NCBI GenBank assembly: GCA_021799015.1
Contig: JAJZBH010000001.1
Location: forward strand, 1-53,461
Source: Pseudomonadota bacterium
Lineage (GTDB): Bacteria; Pseudomonadota; Alphaproteobacteria; Acetobacterales; Acetobacteraceae
Length of the DNA: 53,461 nt
Direction of reading: 5' to 3'
Below the pieces are notes generated by a model. It did not search any database, was not told the DNA's origin, and saw only the letters and a list, made by a program, of their open reading frames with translations. The translations under genes were made by a program, and so were the position numbers. Below, one piece after another: positions 19,561 to 31,023 of this stretch (position 1 is its first letter; every line of letters begins with the position of its first letter).

Positions 19561-20792
19561 TGCAGAACATCGGGCAAATCGGCGATCTGAACCTCGCGCT
19601 GGGTCCCGTCAGCGAGATTCTTCAGTGCCACGGCTCCACGCGAGGCCTCGTCCGCACCAATCAGGATCGCAAACGTCGCTTCGGACTTATTGGCACGCTC
19701 CAGCCTTCGTTTTGCGTTGCCCCGGTATGCCATCTCAGCCGGAATGTTCACTGCCCGGAGATCTCTCAGAATAGAGCAGGCTAACGATTCCAGCGTATCC
19801 TGCATCGGAATGACCGCTACCGGTGAGCGCGGCCTAACCGGCTCGTCAATCAGCATGGACAATCTTTCGATTCCCGCAGCCCATCCAATCCCCGGGACCT
19901 TCGGCCCACCCATCAATTCGACAAGTACGTCGTAACGACCACCTGCGAGGATCGTTCCCTGCGCTCCGAGCCTGGTGGTAACAAACTCAAAAGCGCTATG
20001 ATTATAATAATCCAGCCCTCGCACAATTCTCGGATTTTCAACAAACGCGACCCCAAGATCGACAAGTCTGGCTTTCAACGTCGCGTAAAAGTCGCGCGCT
20101 TGCATGGTAAGATAGTCGTGGATCGTCGGGGCCCGCGCCACCAGAGCCAAATCGCCCTCATCCTTCGAGTCGAGAATCCGCAGGGGATTTCTCTGAAGTC
20201 GTAACTTGCTGTCGGCTGACAACCTGTCGACGTACGCCGAGAAAAAATTGATAAGAGCGGTGCGGTATGCGTCGCGGCTTTCCGGGTCTCCCAACGTGTT
20301 GATATTGAGTTCCACCCCTCGATCAATACCGAGGGCATGAAGCACTTGCTCCCCACAGGCAATCGCCTCTGCATCGGCCACCGCGGAGTCCGCCCCCAAG
20401 ATTTCCAGACCGATCTGATGAAACTGGCGGTATCGCCCCTTCTGTGGTCTTTCGAAGCGAAACATCGCTCCGGCATAAAAGACCTTCTGCGGCAAACTTT
20501 GCGTTAACCCGTTTGTAACCAGAGCGCGACATACCCCCGCCGTTCCTTCCGGACGAAGCGTAATGCTCTCGCCGCCCCGGTCTTCAAATGAATACATCTC
20601 CTTGGTCACGACATCCGAGGTATCGCCAAGCGTGCGGGAAAAAACTGCCGTTGCCTCAAACATTGGCGTAATCCACTCTGTCGCGCCGTAGAGGGCAGCG
20701 ATTCGGCTCGCTGTCTCGATAACCCGGCGGTGGCGGAGCGCTTCAACGCCGATTAGGTCCTGAGTTCCGCGAACCGGTTGCAGCTTGATCAA
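19557..20792 (-). CDS. hisS: Histidine--tRNA ligase
   Basis: [28 protein letters not shown] and GGRYD motifs; TTG start. Confidence 0.96.
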   Translation of the reverse strand: MIKLQPVRGTQDLIGVEALRHRRVIETASRIAALYGATEWITPMFEATAVFSRTLGDTSDVVTKEMYSFEDRGGESITLRPEGTAGVCRALVTNGLTQSLPQKVFYAGAMFRFERPQKGRYRQFHQIGLEILGADSAVADAEAIACGEQVLHALGIDRGVELNINTLGDPESRDAYRTALINFFSAYVDRLSADSKLRLQRNPLRILDSKDEGDLALVARAPTIHDYLTMQARDFYATLKARLVDLGVAFVENPRIVRGLDYYNHSAFEFVTTRLGAQGTILAGGRYDVLVELMGGPKVPGIGWAAGIERLSMLIDEPVRPRSPVAVIPMQDTLESLACSILRDLRAVNIPAEMAYRGNAKRRLERANKSEATFAILIGADEASRGAVALKNLADGTQREVQIADLPDVLQ

Positions 20793-20922
20793 ATCGGGTC
20801 ATCCTCAAAACAATTACCTGCCGTCGCCGCCGCAAGACCGCAGCGACGGGGCCGGTTTGCCGCAAATTCTGCCAGTTGAACAGAATGCCGGGTAGGGAAT
20901 GCTGGAGTCGTCGGTATCGGCT

Positions 20923-22047
20923 TTATTCGGCAGCTACCCGCGCTCGTGCCGCCTCTTCCTGAAGTTCCGCTGCTCGACGCTCAACCAATTCTACGACGTG
21001 ATCGATCATGGTCTCGCCTCCAACGGTATGGTCTGTCCTTCCCGCGGAATAGACCATGTGTCTACCGTTTCCTCCCCCGGTTACACCGAGATCGGTCATC
21101 AATGCCTCTCCCGGCCCGTTCACCACGCAGCCGATGATCGACAGGGTTATTGGTGTCTGGATGTGAGCGAGCCGGTCCTCGAGTTTGGAAACGGTATCGA
21201 TCACATTAAATCCCTGGCGGGCGCAGGACGGGCAGGAGATGATTCTCACCCCCCGATGGCGGATCCCCAGTGATTTTAGGATTTCCCAGCCGACCAGGAC
21301 TTCCTCTTCGGGTTCCGCCGAGAGCGAGACCCGCATCGTATCACCGATTCCGGCCCAGAGAAGTGAACCAAGACCAATCGAAGATTTCACGGTACCGGTC
21401 CGCCGCCCACCGGCCTCGGTAATGCCGATATGCAAGGGATGGTCACAGACTTCGGCAAGCTGCTGATAGGCTGCAACCGCCAGAAAGACGTCAGATGCCT
21501 TCACGCTAATCTTGAACTCGTGAAAATCGTGGTCCTGAAGAATTTTCGCATGCTCCAAAGCCGATTCGACGAGTGCGTCCGGATTCGGTTCGCCGTATTT
21601 TTCCAGCAAATGGCGCTCAAGCGACCCGGCATTGACCCCGATCCGCATGGAGCAGCCATGGTCTCGTGCAGCGTTTATCACCTCGCGTATCCGCTCTGCA
21701 CTGCCAATATTTCCCGGATTAATTCGCAAGCACGACGCACCTGCCTTCGCCGCTTCGATCGCCCGTTTGTAATGGAAATGGATGTCGGCAACGATCGGAA
21801 CATTCACCTGCGCCACGATATCGGCAAGAGCGGCCGTACTCGCTTCATCGGGGCATGAAACGCGAACGATGTCGGCACCAGCCTTTTCAGCACGCCGAAT
21901 CTGCGCCACAGTTGCTTCGACGTCCTCGGTCGGTGTGTTCGTCATGGTTTGCACGGCAATTGGCGCATCGCCGCCCACTGGTACGGAACCGACATGGATC
22001 TGACGGGCTTTTCGGCGGTTAATCTGCTGATATTCACGATAATTCAT
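20923..22047 (-). CDS. ispG: 4-hydroxy-3-methylbut-2-en-1-yl diphosphate synthase
   Basis: [28 protein letters not shown] and GCVVNGPGE. Start re-set to the ATG at 22047 (MNYREY). Confidence 0.95.
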   Translation of the reverse strand: MNYREYQQINRRKARQIHVGSVPVGGDAPIAVQTMTNTPTEDVEATVAQIRRAEKAGADIVRVSCPDEASTAALADIVAQVNVPIVADIHFHYKRAIEAAKAGASCLRINPGNIGSAERIREVINAARDHGCSMRIGVNAGSLERHLLEKYGEPNPDALVESALEHAKILQDHDFHEFKISVKASDVFLAVAAYQQLAEVCDHPLHIGITEAGGRRTGTVKSSIGLGSLLWAGIGDTMRVSLSAEPEEEVLVGWEILKSLGIRHRGVRIISCPSCARQGFNVIDTVSKLEDRLAHIQTPITLSIIGCVVNGPGEALMTDLGVTGGGNGRHMVYSAGRTDHTVGGETMIDHVVELVERRAAELQEEAARARVAAE

Positions 22048-22087
22048 GATGGCTCGACTTGTATGAAGCAACAGGCCCGGACCGAGA

Positions 22088-23440
22088 TCATTGGCCCGAC
22101 ACCGACGTTTTCGACGATGGCACGGGCGTGCCAACAGAAACAGCGGCCCCCGGAGATGTCGGCGTACGGATCGAATTCGTCAAGATTGCCGGCTGCGAGA
22201 CCTGCCCCGTCGCAGCTGGCTTTTGGACGCCGGTCAGCAACACATGTCGCAAGACAACGCCGGGAGGACCAAGTGGTGGTCCCGCATGCCCGTTGCGGAC
22301 GATGATCGTTCCTCCGGCGTTGCCGGTCGTTAGGGTGATCCCGGGCTCATTTGGCACCGGCCAGCCTTCGCCGGCTTTCAAAACCTGGCTAAACAGGATC
22401 TTTCCCTTCGCATCGCGGATCTGCACCCAGGATTTGGACGTGGCGGAAACCACCAATGGTGACGAATCTATGGGTGGTACGGTCGTGGACGAAGATGCCG
22501 TTCCGACTGACGAGGCAACGTCACTACTTGTCGGTCCGGTGTGAGAAACCCCGGCGGGCTTCGGCAAGCCGGCTACAGCCCGTGCGGCGACAGAACTATT
22601 AAGCGCCTGTGTGGCTACTCCCCCGACAGCGTTCGCGGCCACGGTTGATCCACTTTTCGTTGGCGGCCCTTGTAGCGGGTTCGTGGCACCAGCAGACGGA
22701 ATCTCGGTCGAAGCAGCTGGATTGGCCGCTGGGCTCGGAACCGTTGTAGCCCCACTAAGCGGTTTCGGCGGCTGCAGGTCCGTGTTCACGGGCGGTGTTT
22801 CCGCCCCCCCCCTTGCTTTTGCCGCCAGCGCCGGTGTCGCAGTGCGCGGCCCGGAAGACGGCACCGGTTTCGCCGGGGTTGGCAGCTCCGATTTTGGAAC
22901 CGCGAGGGGCGCGAGCTTTGTCGGCACCGGCGGGACTGCGTCTGCCAAGTGGATTTGACGTTCACTGTGCTGGTACCACAGGAAATATCCACCGACGGCG
23001 ATAACCAGCGCGACAAGGGCGAGGGCCCCAGGCGGAACCGCACGATCGGGGACGGGTTCCGGAAAATTCAGTTTTGGCTCTTTCGGTGGCGTCATGCCCT
23101 CCGCACGGAAGCGGCGCAAAATTTCTTCCGGATCAAGGCCAAGCGCTTCTGCGTAATTTCGAATAAATCCAGCCGCGTAGGCCGGCGCTGGCAAGGCAGC
23201 AAGGTCACCAGCTTCAATAGCGTCGAGCAGGGCCCGGCGGATTTTCAGGCGAGCCGACAGGTCAGCAAGCGACCATCCAAGCTGCTCGCGGACAGCGCGC
23301 AACTCGCTCCCCACTTTTGCGGGACCCGCCAACGCTGCCGGCCCGTTGCCTTCTCCCGTCCGCTGTTCGATTTCTTGACCCGCCACGATGCCCGATCTGT
23401 TGTCCTTATCCGAATTGAACGCCTGATCCGTGAATTCCAT
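22088..23440 (-). CDS. rodZ: RodZ-like cell-shape protein (HTH, TM helix, Pro/Ala-rich linker, C-terminal periplasmic domain)
   Basis: GSELRAVRE...LKIR...AIE.G...[16 protein letters not shown], a TM helix, SWVQIRD...GNAGG; adjacent to ispG. Start re-set to 23440. Confidence 0.85.
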   Translation of the reverse strand: MEFTDQAFNSDKDNRSGIVAGQEIEQRTGEGNGPAALAGPAKVGSELRAVREQLGWSLADLSARLKIRRALLDAIEAGDLAALPAPAYAAGFIRNYAEALGLDPEEILRRFRAEGMTPPKEPKLNFPEPVPDRAVPPGALALVALVIAVGGYFLWYQHSERQIHLADAVPPVPTKLAPLAVPKSELPTPAKPVPSSGPRTATPALAAKARGGAETPPVNTDLQPPKPLSGATTVPSPAANPAASTEIPSAGATNPLQGPPTKSGSTVAANAVGGVATQALNSSVAARAVAGLPKPAGVSHTGPTSSDVASSVGTASSSTTVPPIDSSPLVVSATSKSWVQIRDAKGKILFSQVLKAGEGWPVPNEPGITLTTGNAGGTIIVRNGHAGPPLGPPGVVLRHVLLTGVQKPAATGQVSQPAILTNSIRTPTSPGAAVSVGTPVPSSKTSVSGQ

Positions 23441-23492
23441 TGCTGATCGCTGGCCAATGGTTCGACGACAACGGAAATGTAGCGCGTCGGAC

Positions 23493-25763
23493 TCAGATCG
23501 GCAAATCGTGCTCACGCGCCCATGCCGCCAGCGGTTCGCGCAATGAAATCCCTGCGGCGCCTGCTCGTCGCAATTCCCGCAACACCGGCCGCAGTTCGTT
23601 CAGGTCGACGGAGGCGAGCATCGCCTTAACAGGCAAAATCGAAGCGCCGGACATGGACAACGTGCGTACTCCGATCGCCGCGAAGGCCAGCGCATCCAAC
23701 GGGCGCCCTGCAGCCTCGCCGCATATTGAAAATCCCACGTCTTCCTCGGCGCATGCCGCGGCGACCCCCTCAAGCAGTTCTAGAACCGGAGCCGACAGCA
23801 CATCATAACGCCCGGCAAGCCGCGGCGCTCCCCGATCGGCCGCAAACAGAAATTGCATCAGATCATTGGTACCGACCGAAATGAAATCCGCCTCCGCCAG
23901 CAATCCCGGCAACTGAAACAACAGCGCCGGCACTTCCAGCATCGCACCGACCTCGATCGAGGTCGGTCCTAGAGCAAGTCGACCAGCTTCGGCTTCCAGT
24001 AAATCACGTGCGGCACGAAATTCCGCCACGGTCGCCACCATCGGAAACATCACCGAAAGCGGATACCCTGCCGCCCCGGTCAGCAACGCCCGCAGCTGCC
24101 GGCGCAAAACTGCCGGCCGATCAAGGCCAACTCGCAAGCTTCGCCAGCCCATAGCGGGATTTTCAACAACATCGTCGGACTCGCCCCGCAGCATCTTGTC
24201 TGCGCCCAGATCAAGAGTTCGAAAAACAACCCTGCGTCTCCCGGCTCGCTCAACCACTTGCCGATATTCTGCTGCCTGCTCGGCAATCCCCGATTGCCGT
24301 CCTGAAGCCAAAGCTGTGATTTCGGTACGGTAGAGGCCAATACCGTCACTGCCTGTCCGCTCAAGCTGGTCGAGTTCAAGGGCAAGTCCTACATTCAGCA
24401 TCAGACTCAACTGCGTTCCGTCGCGGGTCTCCGCCGACCGGTCACGGTAGGCGGCAAGTTCGGAAATTCGATCATTCCGCACAGCCAGCGCACGCTCGTA
24501 TGCAGCGGCGAGTTCGCGGTCGGGACGCAATACAAACGTGCCCAACTCCGCGTCCAGCAAGACGTCGTCACCTTCGCGCGTCGCTTCAAACGCACCCACC
24601 TCGACCGCAAGTGCGGGCAATTCCAACGCGCGCGCCAGAATCGCCGCATGGCCGCTGGTGCTGGCCTCCTCAATCGCTACGCCGACGATGCCTCGCCGAT
24701 GCCACTCAAGCAGTTCAGCCGGGCCAAGCCGGCGCGCGATCAACACCATTCCTTCGGCCCGGTCCGGCTTCCCCGGCCCAGCCCCCAACGCCGCCAGCAT
24801 CCGCTCGATCATGTCTTCGATATCAGCGAGTCGCTCACGCAGATAAGGGTCGGCCAGCCGCCGCATACGGCTGCGCAAAGCCGCCCCCACCTGATCGACG
24901 GCTGCTTCAGCACTTAGTCCTTCGCTGATCGCTGCACGCACCCGCTCCAGCCAACCGCCACTTTGTGCGATTGCCCGGTAGGCCTCGAGAATCTCATGAC
25001 TGGCTTCGCCAGTCGTGAGCGTTTCTGCAATCAAATCATTCAGACTCGCTTCCGCCTCGGCGATGGCGCGGTCAAGTCGAGTCCCTTCGGCCACCGGATC
25101 ATCGGCCCAGACCCGCAGCGGTCTGACATTCCGGCCCAGCGGCAATGCCGTGCCACGCACGATGCCGGGTGCGAGCGGGTGGCCAGCGTAGCGCCGGGGC
25201 AGAGCGTCACCAAGACTGCGTGACGCCGACTGCGCCGCGCCGAGCCCTGCCAAGGTTTCCGCCAGCAGCATGGCAAGTGTCGAAACTGCCTCGGCTTCCA
25301 TGGGCGCGAAACGTCGTGCCGCCCGGTCCTGAAGAGCGATGACGCCCAGAGTCTGCCCAGCACGTCGGATCGGCACAGCAAGCATCGCGGCGAATTGCTC
25401 CTCACCGGTACCGGGCCGCGGGGCGAAATCCGGATGTTGGTGGGCGTCAGCCAGATTCATGGCTTCGCCCGACGCCGCCACGATACCAACAATACCCTCA
25501 CCAATCCGAAGCCGGGTGGCACCGATAGACTCGGGTCTCAATCCGTGACTTGCGACCAACTCCAGGATCTCGCCCGGTCGCACGACATAGATCGAGCACA
25601 CATCCGCTCGCATTTCGACAGCGATCAGCCGCGTGAGTTCAGCAAGGCTCCAGCTGCTGGTGGCAAGAATTTCCCGCAGCCGCGCGAACAGGCTTCGTGC
25701 CGCTGCCCGCCGATACGGTCTTTGCGGCGATACAGTGCTACGCGGCGGCGCTGGCGGGGGCAT
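23493..25763 (-). CDS. ptsP: PTS enzyme I (Ntr), GAF domain plus PEP-protein phosphotransferase
   Basis: N-terminal GAF domain (VCSIY, GEGIVG), phospho-His SGHAAILAR, GIGLYRTE, RTLDLGADK, SVGTNDL and CGE. Confidence 0.93.
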   Translation of the reverse strand: MPPPAPPRSTVSPQRPYRRAAARSLFARLREILATSSWSLAELTRLIAVEMRADVCSIYVVRPGEILELVASHGLRPESIGATRLRIGEGIVGIVAASGEAMNLADAHQHPDFAPRPGTGEEQFAAMLAVPIRRAGQTLGVIALQDRAARRFAPMEAEAVSTLAMLLAETLAGLGAAQSASRSLGDALPRRYAGHPLAPGIVRGTALPLGRNVRPLRVWADDPVAEGTRLDRAIAEAEASLNDLIAETLTTGEASHEILEAYRAIAQSGGWLERVRAAISEGLSAEAAVDQVGAALRSRMRRLADPYLRERLADIEDMIERMLAALGAGPGKPDRAEGMVLIARRLGPAELLEWHRRGIVGVAIEEASTSGHAAILARALELPALAVEVGAFEATREGDDVLLDAELGTFVLRPDRELAAAYERALAVRNDRISELAAYRDRSAETRDGTQLSLMLNVGLALELDQLERTGSDGIGLYRTEITALASGRQSGIAEQAAEYRQVVERAGRRRVVFRTLDLGADKMLRGESDDVVENPAMGWRSLRVGLDRPAVLRRQLRALLTGAAGYPLSVMFPMVATVAEFRAARDLLEAEAGRLALGPTSIEVGAMLEVPALLFQLPGLLAEADFISVGTNDLMQFLFAADRGAPRLAGRYDVLSAPVLELLEGVAAACAEEDVGFSICGEAAGRPLDALAFAAIGVRTLSMSGASILPVKAMLASVDLNELRPVLRELRRAGAAGISLREPLAAWAREHDLPI

Positions 25764-26808
25764 CGTCGCCGGAAGTTACCACCGGTATATCCATCGGGTT
25801 TTGGCGGAGTGCCAACGCAGTTTCGGCCTGCTGGACGAGTTCGCGGATGATATCGGCGACCGGTTGCACCTGCGTCACCATACCAACAGATTGCCCAGCC
25901 ATGACTGAGCCTGTCTCGACTTCGCCATCGATCACGGCTCGTCGCAGGGCGCCAGACCAGAAATACTCAATGGACATCTGCGCCTCTTCGCGGGAAATTT
26001 CCCCAGCCTCAAATCGCCTGATTGTTTCGACCTGATGGGCCATGAACCGCTTAGCTCCTTCATTGACCAACCCCCGCACGGGTATGACCGGAAACCGAGC
26101 GTCTAGCTGGACCGATGGAACCGCATCACGCGCGTTCGCCCTCACAAATGCCCGCTTGAACTTCTCATGTGCGATACTTTCTGTCGCGGCAGCAAAACGG
26201 GTTCCGAGCTGGGCGCCCGCTGCGCCCATCTCGAGAAATGCCAGAATTGCCTCCCCACGGCCAATGCCACCGGCAACGAAGACCGGGACCTCGCGAATGA
26301 CCGGCAATATTTCCTGGGCCAGAACGCCAAGCGAAACCGGACCGATATGGCCGCCCGCTTCCGATCCTTCGATCACAAGGGCGTCGGCACCACTCTTGAT
26401 CAGCCGTTTTCCCAGCACAACGGCCGGGGCGAAGCAAATCAGCTTTGCCCCGCCATCCTTTACCGCGCGTACCGCCGCCGCGCTGGGGATACCGCCAGCC
26501 AGAACGATATGGCCGACCCTGTGCTCCAGGCAGATGCTGATCAGGGCGTCGAGCTCCTTGTGCATCGTGATCAAATTGACGCCAAAAGGTTTCCCGGTCA
26601 GTGCCTTGGTACCTGCAATCTCTGCATCGAGTGCAGAAGGTGACATGGAACCGGTCGCAATGACACCGAAGCCACCAGCATTTGAAATTGCAGCCACCAG
26701 ATGCCGTTCGCTGACCCAGCTCATGGCACCACCCATGATTGCAGTTTCGGTGCCCAAGAATTCGCGCCCTCGAGACCACAGCGAATCAAGATGCGCGCGC
26801 GGGCTCAT
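25738..26808 (-). CDS. Nitronate monooxygenase / FabK-like flavin oxidoreductase
   Basis: GGAMSWVS, EGSEAGGHIG, AGGIGRG, QLGTRF and GSVMAGQSVG motifs. Confidence 0.85.
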   Translation of the reverse strand: MSPRAHLDSLWSRGREFLGTETAIMGGAMSWVSERHLVAAISNAGGFGVIATGSMSPSALDAEIAGTKALTGKPFGVNLITMHKELDALISICLEHRVGHIVLAGGIPSAAAVRAVKDGGAKLICFAPAVVLGKRLIKSGADALVIEGSEAGGHIGPVSLGVLAQEILPVIREVPVFVAGGIGRGEAILAFLEMGAAGAQLGTRFAAATESIAHEKFKRAFVRANARDAVPSVQLDARFPVIPVRGLVNEGAKRFMAHQVETIRRFEAGEISREEAQMSIEYFWSGALRRAVIDGEVETGSVMAGQSVGMVTQVQPVADIIRELVQQAETALALRQNPMDIPVVTSGDDAPASAAA

Positions 26809-28022
26809 GCGACATCAAGTCCGTATGCGGTGTGGAGTGCGCGCACCGCCAGTTCGGTGTACTCCGCCGCAATTAGGACGCTGACCTTGATTTCACTGGT
26901 TGAGATCACCTGAATATTAATTCCTCGCGAGGCAAGTGTCTTGAACATGGTTCCGGCGACGCCTGCATGGCTCCGCATACCGACGCCAACGACCGAGATT
27001 TTTGCCACGTCCGGATCAGCCGTCAGCTCCGCGTATCCGATCTCATCATATCTCGCTTCCAAAACCTCCCGCGCGCGCGGCAGTTCAGCCTTGTTGAGTG
27101 TGAACGTCATGTCCGTCGTGCCATCCTCGGAGACATTCTGCACGATCATGTCGACGTTAATACCCGCCTCGGCGAGCGGGAAGAACACCGATGCTGCAAC
27201 TCCCGGCCGATCCGGTACGCGGCGGATCGTCAGTTTTGCTTCATCCCGGGAATAGGCAATACCGGCCACGATCTCTTGTTCCACGATTTCATCCTCGTCA
27301 ACGACCAGCGTTCCAGGCGCGTCGGTGAAGCTGGATAGCACCTGCACGCGCACGTGTTCCTTCATCGCCAATTCGACCGACCGCGTCTGTAGCACCTTTG
27401 CACCGACGGACGCGAGCTCAAGCATCTCCTCGTACGTAATGCGGGCCAGCTTGCGCGCTTTCGGCACAATTCTGGGATCGGTCGTATACACTCCATCGAC
27501 ATCGGTATAGATGTCGCAGCGATCGGCCTGAAGCGCCGCAGCTAAAGCCACGGCGGAGGTGTCCGAACCACCTCGGCCAAGAGTCGTAATTCGCCGATCC
27601 GGCCCTATCCCCTGAAAGCCCGCTACCACGGGTACTTGTCCCGCCTGCATTCGGCGAACTATTTCCGCGCCTTCAATTGCGTTTATTCGAGCCTTACCAT
27701 GCTGGCCATCGGTTGCAACGGGTACCTGCCAGCCTGTCCAGGACCTCGCTTCGACGCCAATGGTCTGCAACGCGATTGCCATCAGCCCGGCGGTAACCTG
27801 CTCTCCAGTCGCGACAACTGCATCGTACTCCCGGGCGTCATAAAGCGGCGAGAGTTCCTGACACCACGCAACAAGCCGGTTAGTCGTTCCAGCCATGGCA
27901 GAAATCACGACGGCCACCTCATGCCCCGCTTCGACGGCACGAGCCACGCGAGTGGCCACATTGCGGATCCTTTCCAGATCAGCGACGGACGTGCCGCCGA
28001 ATTTCATCACGATACGCGTCAT
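26805..28022 (-). CDS. lysC: Aspartate kinase
   Basis: KFGGTSV, TTLGRGGSDTSA, TDVDGVYTTDPR and two C-terminal ACT domains. Confidence 0.96.
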   Translation of the reverse strand: MTRIVMKFGGTSVADLERIRNVATRVARAVEAGHEVAVVISAMAGTTNRLVAWCQELSPLYDAREYDAVVATGEQVTAGLMAIALQTIGVEARSWTGWQVPVATDGQHGKARINAIEGAEIVRRMQAGQVPVVAGFQGIGPDRRITTLGRGGSDTSAVALAAALQADRCDIYTDVDGVYTTDPRIVPKARKLARITYEEMLELASVGAKVLQTRSVELAMKEHVRVQVLSSFTDAPGTLVVDEDEIVEQEIVAGIAYSRDEAKLTIRRVPDRPGVAASVFFPLAEAGINVDMIVQNVSEDGTTDMTFTLNKAELPRAREVLEARYDEIGYAELTADPDVAKISVVGVGMRSHAGVAGTMFKTLASRGINIQVISTSEIKVSVLIAAEYTELAVRALHTAYGLDVA

Positions 28023-28129
28023 TGTCCCCTAATCCGTTCGGTCGGCGATCGATTCGTCCGACAGCAAAAGTGGTTGACTTGCGTCAGTTCCCCGGCGCGC
28101 TCACATACCGTTCGAAGCCGGAGAGAGCA

Positions 28130-28870
28130 ATGCAACGTCGGGATGATACTGTAATCGCGAACGCGAGTGGAACGGCACCAGCCGAACTTGCGAAATTCAG
28201 TGCGATAGCTGCACATTGGTGGGACGCCGATGGACCGATGTCGGCACTCCTTGCCATGAACCCTGCCCGAACCGACTGGATCATGGAGCGGATTCGCACC
28301 CGATATGGGGCTGGTCCAACACGCGTCCTCGACGTCGGCTGCGGAGCCGGCGTGCTTTGCGAAAGCCTAGCACGAGCCGGTTGCAACGTCACGGGCCTGG
28401 ACGCCGCACCTGAAACCATAGCGGCTGCGCAAACGCACGCGGCTCGTTCCGGCTTGAGCATCGATTATCGGACCGGCACGGTCGCTGATCTACGCAAAAA
28501 TAACGAACGCTACCCGGTCATTACGGCGCTTGAAATCATCGAACACGTCGAGTGTCCGCAGGACTTTCTTTCGAACCTCTCCGGCCTCCTGGAATCGAAC
28601 GGAATCCTGTTTCTTTCCACGATCAACCGCACCGCTCGATCTTTTCTCTTTGCAAAAATCGGAGCCGAATACCTCCTTCGGCTACTACCAGTGGGCACGC
28701 ACGCCTGGAGTAAGTTCATTAGGCCTGATGAACTTGCACAGCAACTGCGTGAGGCTGGCTTGCGCGTAACGGACATCACGGGAATGGCCCCCGACCGAAG
28801 CGTGCGGCATTTCCGCGCCACCCCCGACATCAGAGTCAATTATATGGCGATGGCGGTTGCGGGAGGTTAA
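28130..28870 (+). CDS. ubiG: Ubiquinone biosynthesis O-methyltransferase
   Basis: WWDADGP..L.AMNP.R, LDVGCGAG, EIIEHV, STINRT and GTHAWSKF. Start re-set to the ATG at 28130 after GGAGAG. Confidence 0.93.
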   Translation: MQRRDDTVIANASGTAPAELAKFSAIAAHWWDADGPMSALLAMNPARTDWIMERIRTRYGAGPTRVLDVGCGAGVLCESLARAGCNVTGLDAAPETIAAAQTHAARSGLSIDYRTGTVADLRKNNERYPVITALEIIEHVECPQDFLSNLSGLLESNGILFLSTINRTARSFLFAKIGAEYLLRLLPVGTHAWSKFIRPDELAQQLREAGLRVTDITGMAPDRSVRHFRATPDIRVNYMAMAVAGG

Positions 28871-29100
28871 CCAGACCATCCAACCGTAAACATCCCCCCG
28901 GTTACGACCACCAGACTTGTTTGGATCGCGCCCTTGATTTCTTCCGGCGTGGCCGGTTGATCCCCGGCCTGGTTCAACAATTAGCTGATTCAGTCCGGGA
29001 AATTGCGGGTTTTCATGTGAAAGCGCGGTTCCGGGATGAACAGGCCGGCGGCGCGTTCGACAACGCCGACTGCTTCTTCGCATGCAGGAGCTAGTTATTG

Positions 29101-29631
29101 TCAAAGCTTCTCGACCTGACCGTATTCTAGATCCACAGGAGTCTGGCGACCGAAAATCGATACGGCCACCTTCACCCGGCCATGTTCCTCATCAATTTCC
29201 TCAATCACGCCGTTAAAGCTGGTGAATGGACCGTCAGCGACGCGCACCTGCTCCCCAACCTCAAACACAACTGCAGGACGGCGATGTTCTGTGCCCTCCT
29301 TGACCTGCCGCATCATTCGGTCGGCCTCGGCATCCGAAATAGGCGTTGGCCGGGTCTTGGTGCCCAGAAAACCGGTCACCTTCGGAATGTCGCGGACGAG
29401 GTGCCAGGATTCGTCAGTTAGCTCCATCTTAACCAGAACATAGCCAGGGAAGAACTTACGCTCTGCATTGACTTTTTGTGACCGACGAACCTCCACAACC
29501 TCCTCAGTCGGAACCATGACACTCTCTATCTGGTCACCCAACCCCTTCTGGGCGGCAGCCTCCTGAATCTGGCTCGCGATTTTTTTCTCGAATCCGGAAT
29601 AAACGTGCAAAACATACCAACGCTTGGCCAT
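29101..29631 (-). CDS. nusG: Transcription termination/antitermination factor NusG
   Basis: MAKRWYVLHVYSGFE, FFPGYVLV and KOW motif DGPFTSFNG. Start re-set to 29631. Confidence 0.96.
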   Translation of the reverse strand: MAKRWYVLHVYSGFEKKIASQIQEAAAQKGLGDQIESVMVPTEEVVEVRRSQKVNAERKFFPGYVLVKMELTDESWHLVRDIPKVTGFLGTKTRPTPISDAEADRMMRQVKEGTEHRRPAVVFEVGEQVRVADGPFTSFNGVIEEIDEEHGRVKVAVSIFGRQTPVDLEYGQVEKL

Positions 29632-29639
29632 GAACCGTC

Positions 29640-29843
29640 TTAGCTCCCGATCCCGAACAATGTTTGCATGACGACGCCGATCACCTGATCGACCACCACA
29701 AAAAAAACAATCGTCACCGCGACCATCGCGAGCACAAGCCCCGTTGTCGTCAGCGTTTCGCGGCGCGACGGCCATGTCGTCTTCGCTGCCTCATTACGCA
29801 CATCGCGCATGAATTTCGCCGGGTTGAACGCCAATTCAGTCAT
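29640..29843 (-). CDS. secE: Preprotein translocase subunit SecE
   Basis: VRNEAAKTTWPSRRE followed by one TM helix; between tRNA-Trp and nusG. Confidence 0.93.
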   Translation of the reverse strand: MTELAFNPAKFMRDVRNEAAKTTWPSRRETLTTTGLVLAMVAVTIVFFVVVDQVIGVVMQTLFGIGS

Positions 29844-29911
29844 ACTCCATTCATCATTCGCTTGTGCGGTATCATATCCCGCCCTGCCGACCCCGAATCC
29901 AACCCCGCAAC

Positions 29912-29988
29912 TGGCAGGGGTGGAGGGTCTCGAACCCCCAGCCTCCGGTTTTGGAGACCGGCGCTCTAGCCAATTGAGCTACACCCCT
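29912..29988 (-). tRNA. tRNA-Trp(CCA)
   Basis: AGGGGTGTAGCTCAATTGGCTAGAGCGCCGGTCT-CCA-AAACCGGAGGCTGGGGGTTCGAGACCCTCCACCCCTGCCA; full cloverleaf with encoded CCA end. Confidence 0.96.
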
Positions 29989-30087
29989 GCGGACCGGGCA
30001 GAGAAAATACGGGCGCAGACCCCGCCTTGCACACCGTGCGCGTCACGCTGTCAAGAGAGATCGCGGTTCGATGATCCGATCATCCGT

Positions 30088-30161
30088 TGGAGCGGGCGAT
30101 GGGAATCGAACCCACACAACCAGCTTGGAAGGCTGGGACTCTACCGTTGAGCTACGCCCGC
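30088..30161 (-). tRNA. tRNA-Gly(TCC)
   Basis: GCGGGCGTAGCTCAACGGTAGAGTCCCAGCCT-TCC-AAGCTGGTTGTGTGGGTTCGATTCCCATCGCCCGCTCCA. Confidence 0.96.
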
Positions 30162-30207
30162 TTTGCGGTAGTGGTCATAAGGCGGGCAGCAAGCCAAGAC
30201 AAGAGGA

Positions 30208-31023
30208 TCAGAGACGCCCCGCGATCGCGACCGGCGCGTTCTTGTAAAGCATATAGAGTGCAACAACAAATACGAGGCCCGCGAAGATCCGGTTCAGAGC
30301 GGTGCGGCGAGGGGAAAGTCGGATTGCGAGCCGCATGCCAAGTGCTCCGCCTAAAATGCCCCCGGCCACGAATTCCGCTGCCACCAACCAATGGACGAGA
30401 CCAGAAAAGGCGTAGTTGATCGCCGTCGTCAGGCCAAAAGTGCCGACCGAGAGCAGCGACGAACCGATCGCCAGGATCATCGGCATGCCCGTCGATACGA
30501 GCAGGCCGGGGACGATGAGAAAGCCACCACCAATTCCGAAGAAGCCGGAGAGTCCGCCAACGAGCAAGGCTGCCAGAACAACCAGAAGTATACTCTTGGC
30601 TCGCATCGCATCAGGACGCTGTTTCGTCTTTTCGTCTGCGAGTACAGGGGTATCAGCGGATTTACGCGGCCGCAACATCAAGGCGCCCACGACGATCATC
30701 AGGATTGCGAAAAGGAATAGCAGTTGCCGGCCGTCCATGATTTTGCCGAGCGTTGAGCCGACCGCAGCGCCTGCCATGCCAAAAACAGCGAAAAGAATGG
30801 CGCTGCCCCAGCGCACATTTCCTTTGCGGGCGTGCCCCGCAAAATTAGCGAAAGCGTTAGCGGAAACAGCGAGTGCGCTGGTGCCGATTGCCGTGTGTGG
30901 TGAAAGCCCAACAACATACAGCATCAGCGGTGTCGCCAAGATTGACCCGCCACCACCGATCAAACCCAGCGTGAATCCGACCATGCCGCCCCCCAGCAGG
31001 CTCAGCAGCGCTTGCGTCAGCAC
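30208..31023 (-). CDS. Sulfite exporter TauE/SafE family membrane protein
   Basis: Duplicated GLIGGGGS..P / GFFGIGGGFLIVP motifs, AIGTS / AIGSS, about 8 hydrophobic helices. Confidence 0.88.
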   Translation of the reverse strand: MLTQALLSLLGGGMVGFTLGLIGGGGSILATPLMLYVVGLSPHTAIGTSALAVSANAFANFAGHARKGNVRWGSAILFAVFGMAGAAVGSTLGKIMDGRQLLFLFAILMIVVGALMLRPRKSADTPVLADEKTKQRPDAMRAKSILLVVLAALLVGGLSGFFGIGGGFLIVPGLLVSTGMPMILAIGSSLLSVGTFGLTTAINYAFSGLVHWLVAAEFVAGGILGGALGMRLAIRLSPRRTALNRIFAGLVFVVALYMLYKNAPVAIAGRL

